Of a stretch of DNA of 64,000 nucleotides, positions 35,377 through 45,463 are shown in pieces. The position numbers and the translations under genes were made by a program. Numbering within the stretch: the stretch's first letter is position 1; every line of letters starts with the position of its first letter. This DNA is from an uncultured Candidatus Saccharibacteria bacterium (GTDB lineage Bacteria > Patescibacteriota > Saccharimonadia > Saccharimonadales > JAGQNK01): the NCBI GenBank assembly GCA_964636435.1, contig CAZWRS010000003.1:1212-65211 (forward strand), read 5' to 3'. The notes under the pieces were generated by a model. It saw only the letters and a program-made list of their open reading frames with translations. It made no database searches and had not been told where the DNA came from.

Positions 35377-36630
35377 TTATTTACGTTTTAATAAAGCGGT
35401 GGTATTTTTGCCGCGGCGAATGACAGCGTAGTCACTCGACATCTCATACGAAAATTCGTTATCTGCCTTAAGCTGCAGATTGTTAATGTATATCGCTCCC
35501 GACTGCATGAAACGACGAGCCTCAGTCCGTGATGACGCCAGCCCGGTCCCAACCAGTGCGGTAAAGATATCGTCAGAAGATACGTTCTCTGGAACGGTCG
35601 TGACCGGAAAGTCTGCTTCGAGACCTTTCAGCTCCTCATCGCTCAAGTCAATAATATCACTTCCAAACAGGGCTTCGGCAATTTTGACTTGTGATTGTGC
35701 GGCCTTTTCACCATGAATCAGTTTTGTCACTTCATACGCCAGCGTTTTTTGTGCCAGGCGCCCTGCGCGATCTGTCTGAAAACGCATCATGATATCATCG
35801 ATTGCCGGCTTATCCAGCTCGGTATATACCTTCAAGTAACTTTCCACCTCCTCGTCGTCAGCGTTAAGCCAGAACTGGTAGAACTTAAACGGACTCGTCT
35901 TAGCCGGGTCTAGCCAAACTGCGCCCTCCTCACTCTTACCGAACTTTTTACCGGTAGCTTTATTGATAACGAGCGGACAGGTTACAGCATGGACTTCTTC
36001 ACCCTTGACACGGCGAATTAAATCAACGCCGGATAGGCTGTTGCCCCATTGGTCACTTCCGGCCAGCTGCAAGTTCACTCCCTTATCTTCGAAGAGGCGC
36101 AAAAAATCATATCCCTGCAGAAGCGTGTAGCTGAACTCCGTAAAACTGATGCCGCTCCCACCTTCACCCATACGTTTGGCAATATAATCACGCTGGACGA
36201 GCGGCGTCATACTAAAGTGCTTGCCTACATCACGCAAGAAATGCATGACATTCATCTTCTTGTACCAGTCAAGATTATTGACCAATTCGAAATCATAGCC
36301 CTTGAAGACGATCCTGAGCTGCGCCTCTGCTTTTGCGACATTTCGAGCAATCGTTTCTTCGTCTTGCAGCACACGCTCCTTATCTTTGCCGCCAGGGTCG
36401 CCGATAAGACTGGTAGCCCCGCCAGCCAGTAACACGGCGCGGTGACCATGACGCATGAACACCTTGTCAAACATCATGGCCGCGAGATTACCTACCGTCT
36501 GAGAATCAGCCGATGCATCAAAACCATGGTAAAACGTCCACATCTTACTATCCAGTTCTTTAATGTCAGCAAATGTGGACTGGTGTACGAACCCGCGCCA
36601 GGCGAGCTCTTCGGATAATGTCATTTTCAT
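35377..36630 (-). CDS. tyrS: Tyrosine--tRNA ligase (HIGH motif degenerate: TVGN)
   Basis: GFDASADS..GGATSLIGDPGGK, the KFGKS (KMSKS) motif and a C-terminal S4-like domain are present. The start was trimmed to ATG 36630 (MKMTLSEELAWRG). The longer tracked ORF has an implausible N-terminus. Confidence 0.93.
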   Translation of the reverse strand: MKMTLSEELAWRGFVHQSTFADIKELDSKMWTFYHGFDASADSQTVGNLAAMMFDKVFMRHGHRAVLLAGGATSLIGDPGGKDKERVLQDEETIARNVAKAEAQLRIVFKGYDFELVNNLDWYKKMNVMHFLRDVGKHFSMTPLVQRDYIAKRMGEGGSGISFTEFSYTLLQGYDFLRLFEDKGVNLQLAGSDQWGNSLSGVDLIRRVKGEEVHAVTCPLVINKATGKKFGKSEEGAVWLDPAKTSPFKFYQFWLNADDEEVESYLKVYTELDKPAIDDIMMRFQTDRAGRLAQKTLAYEVTKLIHGEKAAQSQVKIAEALFGSDIIDLSDEELKGLEADFPVTTVPENVSSDDIFTALVGTGLASSRTEARRFMQSGAIYINNLQLKADNEFSYEMSSDYAVIRRGKNTTALLKRK

Positions 36631-36748
36631 ATAGGAACAGTATAACCTATCTGTTACGGGACAGGAAAATATTGATTGCTTGCGCTTATTTTTTGCTATA
36701 CTACTATATGAAGCGAAAAGCTTATTTAATGGAGTTATACATATACAC

Positions 36749-39742
36749 ATGAGCAGGAAGAAACTCTCTGGTCACCGTGCTGGTGGCCGTGGCCGTAAGA
36801 GTAAAAATACTTTTACGACCCGCTCCGGGCAGACTATCAAGATCAATCGCAGCCTGACTGATAAGATCCGCGCTAAGAAAGATGCCTACGCGCGAGCGCG
36901 TGCGCAGCGTCTGGCCGGCATGCCAAAGTCCCCAGTGAAGCGTTTCTTCTACCGTTTGCATCCGAAGCGCATGTACCAGTACTGGTTTAGCCGAGAGGGC
37001 GGCATCATGGCCCTCAAACTTACCGGTATCGGCCTGATTGCCGGCTTTCTACTGCTCGTCGGTCTGTTTGCATACTTCCGCAAAGATCTACCGAACTTGC
37101 GCGATATCTCCGGCAAAAACATCGGCGGCAGTATCCGCTACTATGACCGCACGGGTCAAACGCTCCTCTGGGAGGATTTTGATGCCGTAAAACGTATCCC
37201 TGTGCAAGGTGATCAAATCTCGGATCACGTCAAGGATGCGACCATCGCTATTGAAGACCAGGACTTTTTCAAGCATGGCGGCTTCGATACGCGTGGTATT
37301 ATGCGGGCAGCTTTTAAGAATGCCACTGGTGGCACCACGCAAGGTGGCTCAACTATCACCCAGCAGCTCGTCCGCTTGACCCAGTCTGGTGTCGGCAAAG
37401 AACAGACCTATACCCGAAAGATAAAAGAACTTATTCTGGCGGTAGAGCTGGAACGCAGTTATTCAAAAGAAGAAATCTTAACGGGCTATCTCAACACTGC
37501 CCCGTATGGCAACGTGCAATACGGCGTCGAATCGGCGGCGCGTGATTACTTCCAGAAATCGGCAAAGGACCTCACCCTAGACGAAGCAGCATTTCTAGCG
37601 GCTATTCCGCAGTCACCCTCTTACTACTCACCTTACGGTCCGAGCTACAACCCTGAGGCACTCGTGGGGCGTCAGCACTACATCCTTGATCTCATGGAGC
37701 GACAGGGCATGATAGATGCCAAGGAGCGAGATGAGGCTAAGAAAATCAATACCCTGAAAAAGGTCAAGAAGCCTAAACCAAAGTTTGCCGGCATCAAAGC
37801 CCCGTGGTTCGTGCTCACCGCCAAGGAATACCTAGAGAACGAATTTACTGCCGATACTGTACAGCGTGGCGGCTGGAAGGTTACCACAACTGTTGACTTA
37901 AAACTGCAAGAAATTGCTGAGCGTAAAGTAAGTGAAGGCATCGGCCAGATTCAGGCACAAGGAGGAGATGTTGCCGCTTTTGTCGCAGAGGATGTTGAGA
38001 CCGGTCAAGTAGTTGCCCTGGTTGGAGGAGCTGACTTTAATAACGAAAAGCACGGACAGAATAACTATGCCCGTTACCGCCTGCCGCCAGGATCCAGCTT
38101 CAAACCGTATGACTACCTTGCTCTGATCGAGAAGTCCAACAACTTCGGCGCTGGCTCGGTACTCTATGACACACAGGCTCCACTGCCCGGTTATCCGTGC
38201 ACCAATCGCACAATGCCGCCACCCCGTGGACAAGGTAACTGTTTATGGAACTACGATTTCCGCTTCCCTGGCCCTATTACACTACGCTATGCACTGGGTG
38301 GGTCACGAAACGTGCCGGCCGTGAAAGCCATGCTGACCGTTGGCGTCGACGAAACCATACAGGTCGCTGACAGCCTGGGACTGGCGAGTGGCTACCGCTG
38401 CTACCAGGACGATGAGCTAACCAAAGAAGGCCCGTGCTATGCCTCTTCGGCCATCGGCGACGGCGCCTACTTGAAGCTTGACGAGCACGTCCACGGTTAC
38501 GCAACGATTGCTCGAAACGGTAACAAAGTTCCGCTCACCTATATTCTCAAGATTGAAGATGCTCAGGGCGAGACAATCAAAGAATGGGAACCACAAGAGG
38601 GCGAACAGGTAGTACGTGAAGACTCAGCGTACATCGTGCAGGATATGATGAGCGATCCGAATGCCAGCTACTTCCCTGCCGGACGTAAACCACATCGTTT
38701 CAATGGCAGCAAAGGTACATGGAAGTTTGCCATGAAAACGGGTACGACCAACGATGCCAAAGACGGTTGGATGATGGGCTTCTCCGCTAAATACTCCTCT
38801 GGTGTCTGGGTTGGCTACCACAACCGGCAGATCGAGATGACCGGCACCATGGAATCAATGACGCAACCAATCTGGCAAGGCTGGATGAATGAAGCTCACC
38901 AGGAATTAGAACCCAAAGACTTTGCCCGACCAAGCAGTATCCAATCACTACCAGCCTTTGTTATCAGGAGCCACGTCGGTCTTGGCTCAGTCGAGCCGAG
39001 CCCCTCCACTGACTTGTTCCCGTCATGGTTCAAGAAGCGTGCAATCGATAGCAAGAAACAGACAATTGACATTATCTCAAACAAGCTTGCAACCGATTGT
39101 ACGCCACCCCGCGCGCGTAAAGATGTGACCGGTGGTGATGCAAGCAGCTTCTCTTCCGACCAATTTGTTAACGACGGGTCCGGCGCTATCAACACCGACC
39201 AGAAAGATGACGTACACAAATGCGACGATGTTAAACCGACCGTACGGCTCCGAGTTAATCCTGCCGGTGGCAACCGATATCAGTTCGTCGCCGATATTAC
39301 TCAAGGTACGCACCCGTTATCCAGCGCTGCCCACCCGGGCTCACTCGTCTTCAGCGTGAACGGCCAGCAGGTGCATAGTCGTCAAATTGGCAGTCCAGGC
39401 ACAGTCACCTATACTTACACCGCAAGATCTGGCGGCCGGCATGAAGTCACTGCAACCGTGATCGACAGCGTACTATATGATTCGACCGATACTGTTTCGT
39501 TTAGTGCACGCGGCGGCAATGACAATGAATCGCTCACGCTCAACGCTCAAAACGTTGGGCCAATGACGGCCATAACCTGGTCAAACGGTAACGGCCGGGT
39601 CACCATATACAACGAGAACGATGAAGAAATCTGTGGTGGTGGCTCAAGCGGTGATTGTTCAGTGGACGCAGACCAAGCGCCAAAGAACTCCATGATATAC
39701 GCAGTCGACGACCGACGAGAAACCAGAGTGCGCGTACGCTAA
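36749..39742 (+). CDS. Class A penicillin-binding protein (glycosyltransferase GT51 + transpeptidase) with a C-terminal extension of about 250 aa
   Basis: AIEDQDFFKHGG, GGSTITQQL and RKIKE are GT51 motifs, and SSFKP is the SxxK transpeptidase motif. The KTGTT motif is present. An N-terminal basic tail and TM precede these. The start was trimmed to ATG 36749. Confidence 0.9.
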   Translation: MSRKKLSGHRAGGRGRKSKNTFTTRSGQTIKINRSLTDKIRAKKDAYARARAQRLAGMPKSPVKRFFYRLHPKRMYQYWFSREGGIMALKLTGIGLIAGFLLLVGLFAYFRKDLPNLRDISGKNIGGSIRYYDRTGQTLLWEDFDAVKRIPVQGDQISDHVKDATIAIEDQDFFKHGGFDTRGIMRAAFKNATGGTTQGGSTITQQLVRLTQSGVGKEQTYTRKIKELILAVELERSYSKEEILTGYLNTAPYGNVQYGVESAARDYFQKSAKDLTLDEAAFLAAIPQSPSYYSPYGPSYNPEALVGRQHYILDLMERQGMIDAKERDEAKKINTLKKVKKPKPKFAGIKAPWFVLTAKEYLENEFTADTVQRGGWKVTTTVDLKLQEIAERKVSEGIGQIQAQGGDVAAFVAEDVETGQVVALVGGADFNNEKHGQNNYARYRLPPGSSFKPYDYLALIEKSNNFGAGSVLYDTQAPLPGYPCTNRTMPPPRGQGNCLWNYDFRFPGPITLRYALGGSRNVPAVKAMLTVGVDETIQVADSLGLASGYRCYQDDELTKEGPCYASSAIGDGAYLKLDEHVHGYATIARNGNKVPLTYILKIEDAQGETIKEWEPQEGEQVVREDSAYIVQDMMSDPNASYFPAGRKPHRFNGSKGTWKFAMKTGTTNDAKDGWMMGFSAKYSSGVWVGYHNRQIEMTGTMESMTQPIWQGWMNEAHQELEPKDFARPSSIQSLPAFVIRSHVGLGSVEPSPSTDLFPSWFKKRAIDSKKQTIDIISNKLATDCTPPRARKDVTGGDASSFSSDQFVNDGSGAINTDQKDDVHKCDDVKPTVRLRVNPAGGNRYQFVADITQGTHPLSSAAHPGSLVFSVNGQQVHSRQIGSPGTVTYTYTARSGGRHEVTATVIDSVLYDSTDTVSFSARGGNDNESLTLNAQNVGPMTAITWSNGNGRVTIYNENDEEICGGGSSGDCSVDADQAPKNSMIYAVDDRRETRVRVR

Positions 39743-39795
39743 GTCAGCAACCAATAACAAAAATGAACCTGTCAAAATAAACCACTCAGGCGCCA

Positions 39796-40572
39796 TTAAC
39801 GCTTGAGGCGCGACGCAAGGCTGCGCGCCGATGATGAACGCCGGGTCGCAGACGATGACCCGGCGTTCTTACTTCGGGCGGGTTGCGCAACTACGATCTC
39901 TCCAAACAACATCTTGCCAGAAGAAGTCTGATGCGTCTTGGTAATGTCTACCTTAACTGTCTTGCCGACAAACTTTGCAGCGTTCTCCACGACTATAAGC
40001 GTGCCGTCATCCAGGTAGCCGGCACCCTGCTTGGCATTACTGCCTTTTTGTATGATTTTGACAGTCCTTTGCTCCCCCGGCAGTGCGGTCGGCCGCAAGT
40101 GCTGGGCCAGCTCGTTGACATTCAGGACTTTAACGCCATCTATTTCTGCAACCTTACCGAGATTATAATCGGTGGTATATAGCGGGGCTTTGAGCTTTTG
40201 AGCGAGCGCGACGAGCTTGTTATCCACGGCGTGCACATGCGGGATCGACGTTCTATCTATCACCACCTGCACATCGTCCAGCTCTTGAAGGTCATGGACC
40301 ACATCAAGTCCATAACGTGCCCGCGATCGCTTATGGGCGTCGGCGCCGTCAGCCAGTAATTGCAATTCATGAATGATAAATTCCGGGATAACGAGCGTGC
40401 CAGGCACAAAGCCTGATCGCGCCAGCTCGATAACTCGTCCGTCAATCAACGCACAGGTATCAAGTATCACCTTCGCATTGCCCTTTCCCGGCAGAAAATT
40501 TTTACCGCGCTGCTGCGTGTAGAGCAATGCCAGGATTAACACTAGTAGAAGAAACTGCAGTACATCAATCAC
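39796..40572 (-). CDS. PIN and TRAM domain protein (YacL-like), N-terminal TM
   Basis: ILDTCALIDGR is a PIN acidic motif, and the C-terminal VKVDITKTHQTSSGKMLFGE is TRAM-like. It lies directly downstream of radA, as yacL does in Bacillus. Confidence 0.75.
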   Translation of the reverse strand: MIDVLQFLLLVLILALLYTQQRGKNFLPGKGNAKVILDTCALIDGRVIELARSGFVPGTLVIPEFIIHELQLLADGADAHKRSRARYGLDVVHDLQELDDVQVVIDRTSIPHVHAVDNKLVALAQKLKAPLYTTDYNLGKVAEIDGVKVLNVNELAQHLRPTALPGEQRTVKIIQKGSNAKQGAGYLDDGTLIVVENAAKFVGKTVKVDITKTHQTSSGKMLFGEIVVAQPARSKNAGSSSATRRSSSARSLASRLKR

Positions 40573-41919
40573 TTAATCTTTCTCCAGAAATGTATTTAAA
40601 GCGGTACGCACGTCTTTGACACCAACGTACCCGTTTGGTGTTTTGCCAGACTTTATGACTGGTCCGATAGCCGCCTCGAAACCAAGTTTTCTGGCTTCAG
40701 CAACGCGTTTATCAAGGAACGGCACGTGCCTGATTTCGCCCGAAAGCCCCAGCTCGCCAAACACAACGGCATTCGCTTTCAGCTGCAAACCCCTGGCGGC
40801 GGAGGCAATAGCCATAACGATAGCTAGATCAGCCGCTGGCTCGCTCAGCTTGATACCACCCACGATGTTTACATAAATATCCTGATCGGCCAAATTAAGC
40901 TTCGTCCGTTTTTCCAGCATCGCCACCAGCAGGTTCACCCGGTTTAAATCAATACCGCTAGCTGCCCGCTTGGGATAACCATAGCTCGTGCGATTGACGA
41001 GCGCCTGGACCTCGACGAGCAGCGGACGGGTACCCTCAAGTGTCGCCAGCACTACCGATCCATCACTTATCTGCCGCTCTGCGAGCAATGCTGCTGATGG
41101 GTTTGCAACTGGCTGCAGCCCATTGTCCACCATTTCAAATATGCCCGCCTCATTCGTAGAGCCGTAACGATTCTTAACCGCCCGCAGTACCTTAAAGCCA
41201 CCATACCGGTCGCCCTCGAGCTGTAGAACCACATCCACCACGTGCTCGAGCACCTTCGGGCCGGCGATTGAACCTTCCTTGGTGACATGCCCAACAAGAA
41301 TAATTGCCGTATCGGTTTGTTTGGCCGCAGCCGTTAACAGCTGGGTGCTGTTAGTAATTTGGCTAACGTTCCCGGCTGCTGAGGAAATAGCGGCACATGA
41401 GATGGTTTGTATGGAATCAACTACAACGAGCTTGTAGCCACCACCGGCAATTGTAGCGGCAATATCATCAGCACTTGTACTGGTGGCCAGCTGCAGATGC
41501 TTACCACTGGTACCAAGCCGTTCTGCACGGATACCTATTTGATGCGCAGATTCCTCGGCGCTTACATACAACACTGGCTGCTTGGTGCTTAACGAATGCG
41601 CCAGTTGTAAAAGAAGTGTGCTTTTCCCGATGCCCGGCTGACCAGCAATTAAATTTACGCTACCAGCAACTACGCCGCCACCAAGGACTGCGTCAATCTC
41701 TGCAATGCCAGTCGATAAGCGTTCGTGGTCCTTAGCCAGCGACGCACTAACAGATTGCGGAGCAAGCTGTTGTCCGCCGCCCTTCACGCTTGCTGACGTA
41801 ATAACCAGCTGCTCCTCGAGTGTATTCCATTCACCACAATTGAAGCATCGTCCGCTCCAAGTTGAACTCTCAGCCCCACAATTAGAGCAGACGTATTTTT
41901 TTGCTTCCTTCTTAGCCAT
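40573..41919 (-). CDS. radA: DNA repair protein RadA/Sms
   Basis: The N-terminal zinc finger is CSNCGAESSTWSGRCFNCGEW. It also has Walker A GQPGIGKST, the KNRYG motif and a Lon-like C-terminal domain. Confidence 0.96.
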   Translation of the reverse strand: MAKKEAKKYVCSNCGAESSTWSGRCFNCGEWNTLEEQLVITSASVKGGGQQLAPQSVSASLAKDHERLSTGIAEIDAVLGGGVVAGSVNLIAGQPGIGKSTLLLQLAHSLSTKQPVLYVSAEESAHQIGIRAERLGTSGKHLQLATSTSADDIAATIAGGGYKLVVVDSIQTISCAAISSAAGNVSQITNSTQLLTAAAKQTDTAIILVGHVTKEGSIAGPKVLEHVVDVVLQLEGDRYGGFKVLRAVKNRYGSTNEAGIFEMVDNGLQPVANPSAALLAERQISDGSVVLATLEGTRPLLVEVQALVNRTSYGYPKRAASGIDLNRVNLLVAMLEKRTKLNLADQDIYVNIVGGIKLSEPAADLAIVMAIASAARGLQLKANAVVFGELGLSGEIRHVPFLDKRVAEARKLGFEAAIGPVIKSGKTPNGYVGVKDVRTALNTFLEKD

Positions 41920-41939
41920 TCATTGTAAAGTGTAGCAGA

Positions 41940-42890
41940 TTACAGCGTCGGACGGCTATCGAGCGACTGATATAACTCCTGTGCCTCCAGTGCAATTTCT
42001 CGGTAGTCACTTATAAGGCTATTGTGTCGGGAAATAAGCGAGTTCAGAAGTCGAATATTATCGTTATACGCCGCGACCCGGGCATTATAAGCGCTTGCCT
42101 GTTCATTGGTCGTCACGCTACCACGTGTGCGTTGCAGCTCATCCCGCTCGATCGCCAATGTCTGTTCGAGCTGTTCAATTTCGCCTCTCAGCCCTGATAT
42201 CTGGAGCTCGAGCGATGCAGCCTGATTACGCCGCTTGGTCAGCACCGATTCGTACTTCTCCGAATACGCCACAATAGCGAGCCGATTGGTGAAGTATCTC
42301 TCGTAATAATCCTCAAGCTCAGGCGGCAAATTCCGTACCTCGGTTGCCAGTATCGAGTGTAACTCATTCGGCACCACCGAAGGGTCACGACTACGGTAAT
42401 TATCAATTGAGCGCTGAATACGCTCGTCAGTGACCTTAGCAAACGCATCACCTACCATTTGATCAACGCGCTCTCGCTCTGCCATGCTAAGCCGGTCATA
42501 CGCCGCATGCAGCAGCTCATGCGCTGCCGTCACCTGTTCGACCCCTTCAAGCCGCTCATCATCAACATCGAACAAAAAGATGCCGTAATTCGAGACATAG
42601 CACCCTAGTACAATCGTGTGTTCACCAAAACCTTTACAGTTTTGATTGAACTCCTCTCTGCCATTCAGCTGAGGGTGGTAAACGTAGAACAATCGGCGCG
42701 CAGGATTGGTCATAGTGGTATCAAAAGCTAGCTGCTCAATCCGCTGCGGCGGGTCGTAATTACGCAGGCGCACCCAATCGTAAATATCTTGTTTTCGCGT
42801 CCAAGCAAAAGCAGTAGCTGCCAGCACAACCAACAGGAAAACCAGAACTATCGCCTGGCCGGAATTTCGGCGGTGCAAGGTCTTTAGCAT
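41940..42890 (-). CDS. Hypothetical membrane-anchored protein with HExxH motif and C-terminal coiled coil
   Basis: The 316-aa ORF has the N-terminal TM AIVLVFLLVVLAATAFAW and TAAHELLHAAY (HExxH). The C-terminal roughly 100 aa is heptad-like (LELQISGLRGEIEQLEQTLAIERDELQ). No family recognised. Confidence 0.5.
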   Translation of the reverse strand: MLKTLHRRNSGQAIVLVFLLVVLAATAFAWTRKQDIYDWVRLRNYDPPQRIEQLAFDTTMTNPARRLFYVYHPQLNGREEFNQNCKGFGEHTIVLGCYVSNYGIFLFDVDDERLEGVEQVTAAHELLHAAYDRLSMAERERVDQMVGDAFAKVTDERIQRSIDNYRSRDPSVVPNELHSILATEVRNLPPELEDYYERYFTNRLAIVAYSEKYESVLTKRRNQAASLELQISGLRGEIEQLEQTLAIERDELQRTRGSVTTNEQASAYNARVAAYNDNIRLLNSLISRHNSLISDYREIALEAQELYQSLDSRPTL

Positions 42891-42916
42891 ACTGCTTTAT
42901 ATTCTACACGAAGATG

Positions 42917-45415
42917 TTAAGCAACGGGTTCCGCAATCTCAGACTCAGCATTATATACCAGCTGATTGTTCTTAGCGCTGATTCGGATAATGTGACCCTT
43001 GTGATACTTACCGTCAAGCAGCTCATGCGCGATATGATCCTCGATAGTGTCAGCTATCAGTCGGCGCATTGGACGCACGCCATTAGTAGCGTCGTACCCT
43101 TGCTCGAGCAAGAGATTCTTGGCTGCTGGTGTCAACTGCAAGTCAATTCCATGCTTCACTAAACGATTGCGCAGCTCATCGATTTGCAGATCGAGAATCT
43201 TGAGCACGTTTTTGCGTGTCAGAGCATGGAAGACAATGGTCTTATCAATACGGTTCAAGAACTCCGGACGCATCATCTTCTTGAGTTCATCGAGTACCTT
43301 ACTCTTGTTACGCTCGTGCAGTGCATCAAGGTCGTTTAGATCACCACGGTTATCGGCGTGGAAGCCAAAGTCAGCTTCTTTCTGTAGCTTATCGGCCCCA
43401 ATGTTACTGGTCATGATGATGATGGTGTTCGTGAAGTCAATCCGGCGACCCTTGGCATCGGTCAAGTAACCGTCCTCGAGCATCTGGAGGAGCATGTTGA
43501 AGACATCGGGATGAGCTTTTTCAATCTCATCGAACAGTACCAAGCTGTACGGCTGGCGTCGTATCTTGTCCGTCAACTGACCGCCTTCGTCGTACCCGAC
43601 ATAGCCAGCCGGTGCGCCGACTAGCCGCGATACGTTATGATGCTCACCAAACTCGCTCATGTCAATCTTGACCAGCGCGTCTTCACTACCGAAGAACTCA
43701 CGAGCCAGCACGCGCGCCAGCTCCGTCTTACCGACACCGGTGGGACCGAGGAAGATAAACGAACCAATCGGCCGCTTACCACTACCAATGCCGACACGGT
43801 TACGACGGACAGCCTTGGCGACAGCTTCGACCGCTTCATTTTGGCCGATAACATACTTGCGCAGCGTCTTCTCTAGATTTAGCAGATACTTGGCCTCGGA
43901 ACGAATGACTTTAGTAACCGGTACGCCTGTCATGCGGGCGACCACTTCAGCAATGTTTTCGCTCGTGACCGTCAACTGATTAGCAGACTTACCTTCAGAT
44001 TCGAGCTGTTTAAGCTCATCTTTGATTTGTGACGCACGCTGCTTGAACTTAGCGGCCTTTTCGTAATCTTCACTGTCAACAGCATCCTCAATACGAACAT
44101 TCACCAGCTTCAGTTCTTTCTGTAACTTGCGTACTTCTGGTGGCGTCTTACCTTTGTCGACGCGTAAGTGTGCGGCAGTCTCGTCTAGTAGATCAATTGC
44201 CTTGTCGGGCATAAACCGATCATTGATGTACCTTTTTGCCAAATTCACAGTTTCTTCTAGTACTTCATCGCTCACTTTTACGCCGTGGAATTCTTCGTAG
44301 TGCTTCCGTAGACCCTTCAGGATGGCGACAGTTTCAGCCGGAGTCGTCTCTGGGACTTGTATCGGCTGGAAGCGACGCTCTAGGGCGGCATCCTTCTCAA
44401 CGTGCTTGGTGTACTCGGCGGTAGTGGTCGCACCAATAACCTGTATCTTACCGCGGGCGAGCGCTGGCTTGAGTATATTTCCAGCATCCATCGCTCCTTC
44501 AGCAGCCCCAGCACCAACAATTAAATGCATCTCATCAATAAACACGATTGTCTTCGTGTCCTTCTCGAGTTCGGACATTATCTTCTTGAGTCGCTCCTCG
44601 AATTCACCGCGGTATTTGGTGCCGGCTATCATGCCAGCCAAGTCGAGCATAACAATCCGCTTGTCGAGCAGGCTATCAGGCACATCTTCGTTGACAATCC
44701 GCTGAGCCAAACCCTCAACGATAGCTGTTTTACCGACACCAGGCTCACCAATGAGCACTGGGTTGTTCTTCGTTCGACGGTTTAAGATGGTGATAACGCG
44801 CCTGATTTGTGCTTCCCGGCCAACAACTGGGTCAAGCTTGCCGTCCCGTGCCTGAGCCGTCAAATCCGTACCAAAGAAATCGAGCGCGGTTTTCTTGGTC
44901 TTTTTCACCTTCCGACGGCCATCCGTAGAAGAAGAGCTGTCATCTTCGTACTGTTGGCGATTAAGGAATTGCTCCAGTTCAGAGACTAACGCGTCAACAT
45001 CTACGTTCATATCTCGAAGCAGTATCGTTGCTCGTGCGTTCTTCTGGCTCAGCACGCTATATAGTATGTGCTCAGTACCGCAAAATTCCTGGTTGAAGTC
45101 TTGCGCTACATCGTAGGCCATCTTAAGCGTCAGCTTGGCCGTTTCACTCAAGCCTTTGGCACCCATATTTATAACTAGTGTCTTTGGTGTGAGGTTCAGC
45201 GCCAGACGGGCACGGTCCAGTGTCACACCAGCACCTTCAAGTATTTTAGAGCCCATGCTGGTGTCTTGTGCGAGCACACCAAGCAGCAAGTGCTCAGTAC
45301 CGACGTAGGCGCTACCGAAGCTCCGCGCTATAGCATCGGCGTGCTTCAAACTTTGCAGCGCGTTATCAGTAAGATGATTCAAAAATTCTTGGAAATCAGA
45401 GTTTTGTGGCATCAT
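42917..45415 (-). CDS. clpC: ATP-dependent Clp protease ATP-binding subunit ClpC
   Basis: The 832-aa ORF has a duplicated Clp_N repeat, two AAA+ modules ([16 protein letters not shown]), a short UVR-like linker ([20 protein letters not shown]) rather than a long ClpB M-domain, and an FGF loop. Confidence 0.9.
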   Translation of the reverse strand: MMPQNSDFQEFLNHLTDNALQSLKHADAIARSFGSAYVGTEHLLLGVLAQDTSMGSKILEGAGVTLDRARLALNLTPKTLVINMGAKGLSETAKLTLKMAYDVAQDFNQEFCGTEHILYSVLSQKNARATILLRDMNVDVDALVSELEQFLNRQQYEDDSSSSTDGRRKVKKTKKTALDFFGTDLTAQARDGKLDPVVGREAQIRRVITILNRRTKNNPVLIGEPGVGKTAIVEGLAQRIVNEDVPDSLLDKRIVMLDLAGMIAGTKYRGEFEERLKKIMSELEKDTKTIVFIDEMHLIVGAGAAEGAMDAGNILKPALARGKIQVIGATTTAEYTKHVEKDAALERRFQPIQVPETTPAETVAILKGLRKHYEEFHGVKVSDEVLEETVNLAKRYINDRFMPDKAIDLLDETAAHLRVDKGKTPPEVRKLQKELKLVNVRIEDAVDSEDYEKAAKFKQRASQIKDELKQLESEGKSANQLTVTSENIAEVVARMTGVPVTKVIRSEAKYLLNLEKTLRKYVIGQNEAVEAVAKAVRRNRVGIGSGKRPIGSFIFLGPTGVGKTELARVLAREFFGSEDALVKIDMSEFGEHHNVSRLVGAPAGYVGYDEGGQLTDKIRRQPYSLVLFDEIEKAHPDVFNMLLQMLEDGYLTDAKGRRIDFTNTIIIMTSNIGADKLQKEADFGFHADNRGDLNDLDALHERNKSKVLDELKKMMRPEFLNRIDKTIVFHALTRKNVLKILDLQIDELRNRLVKHGIDLQLTPAAKNLLLEQGYDATNGVRPMRRLIADTIEDHIAHELLDGKYHKGHIIRISAKNNQLVYNAESEIAEPVA

Positions 45416-45463
45416 AAGCGTTCTTCCACCTATCAGCGATTGTCTTAAATTATCGCTAAGTCT

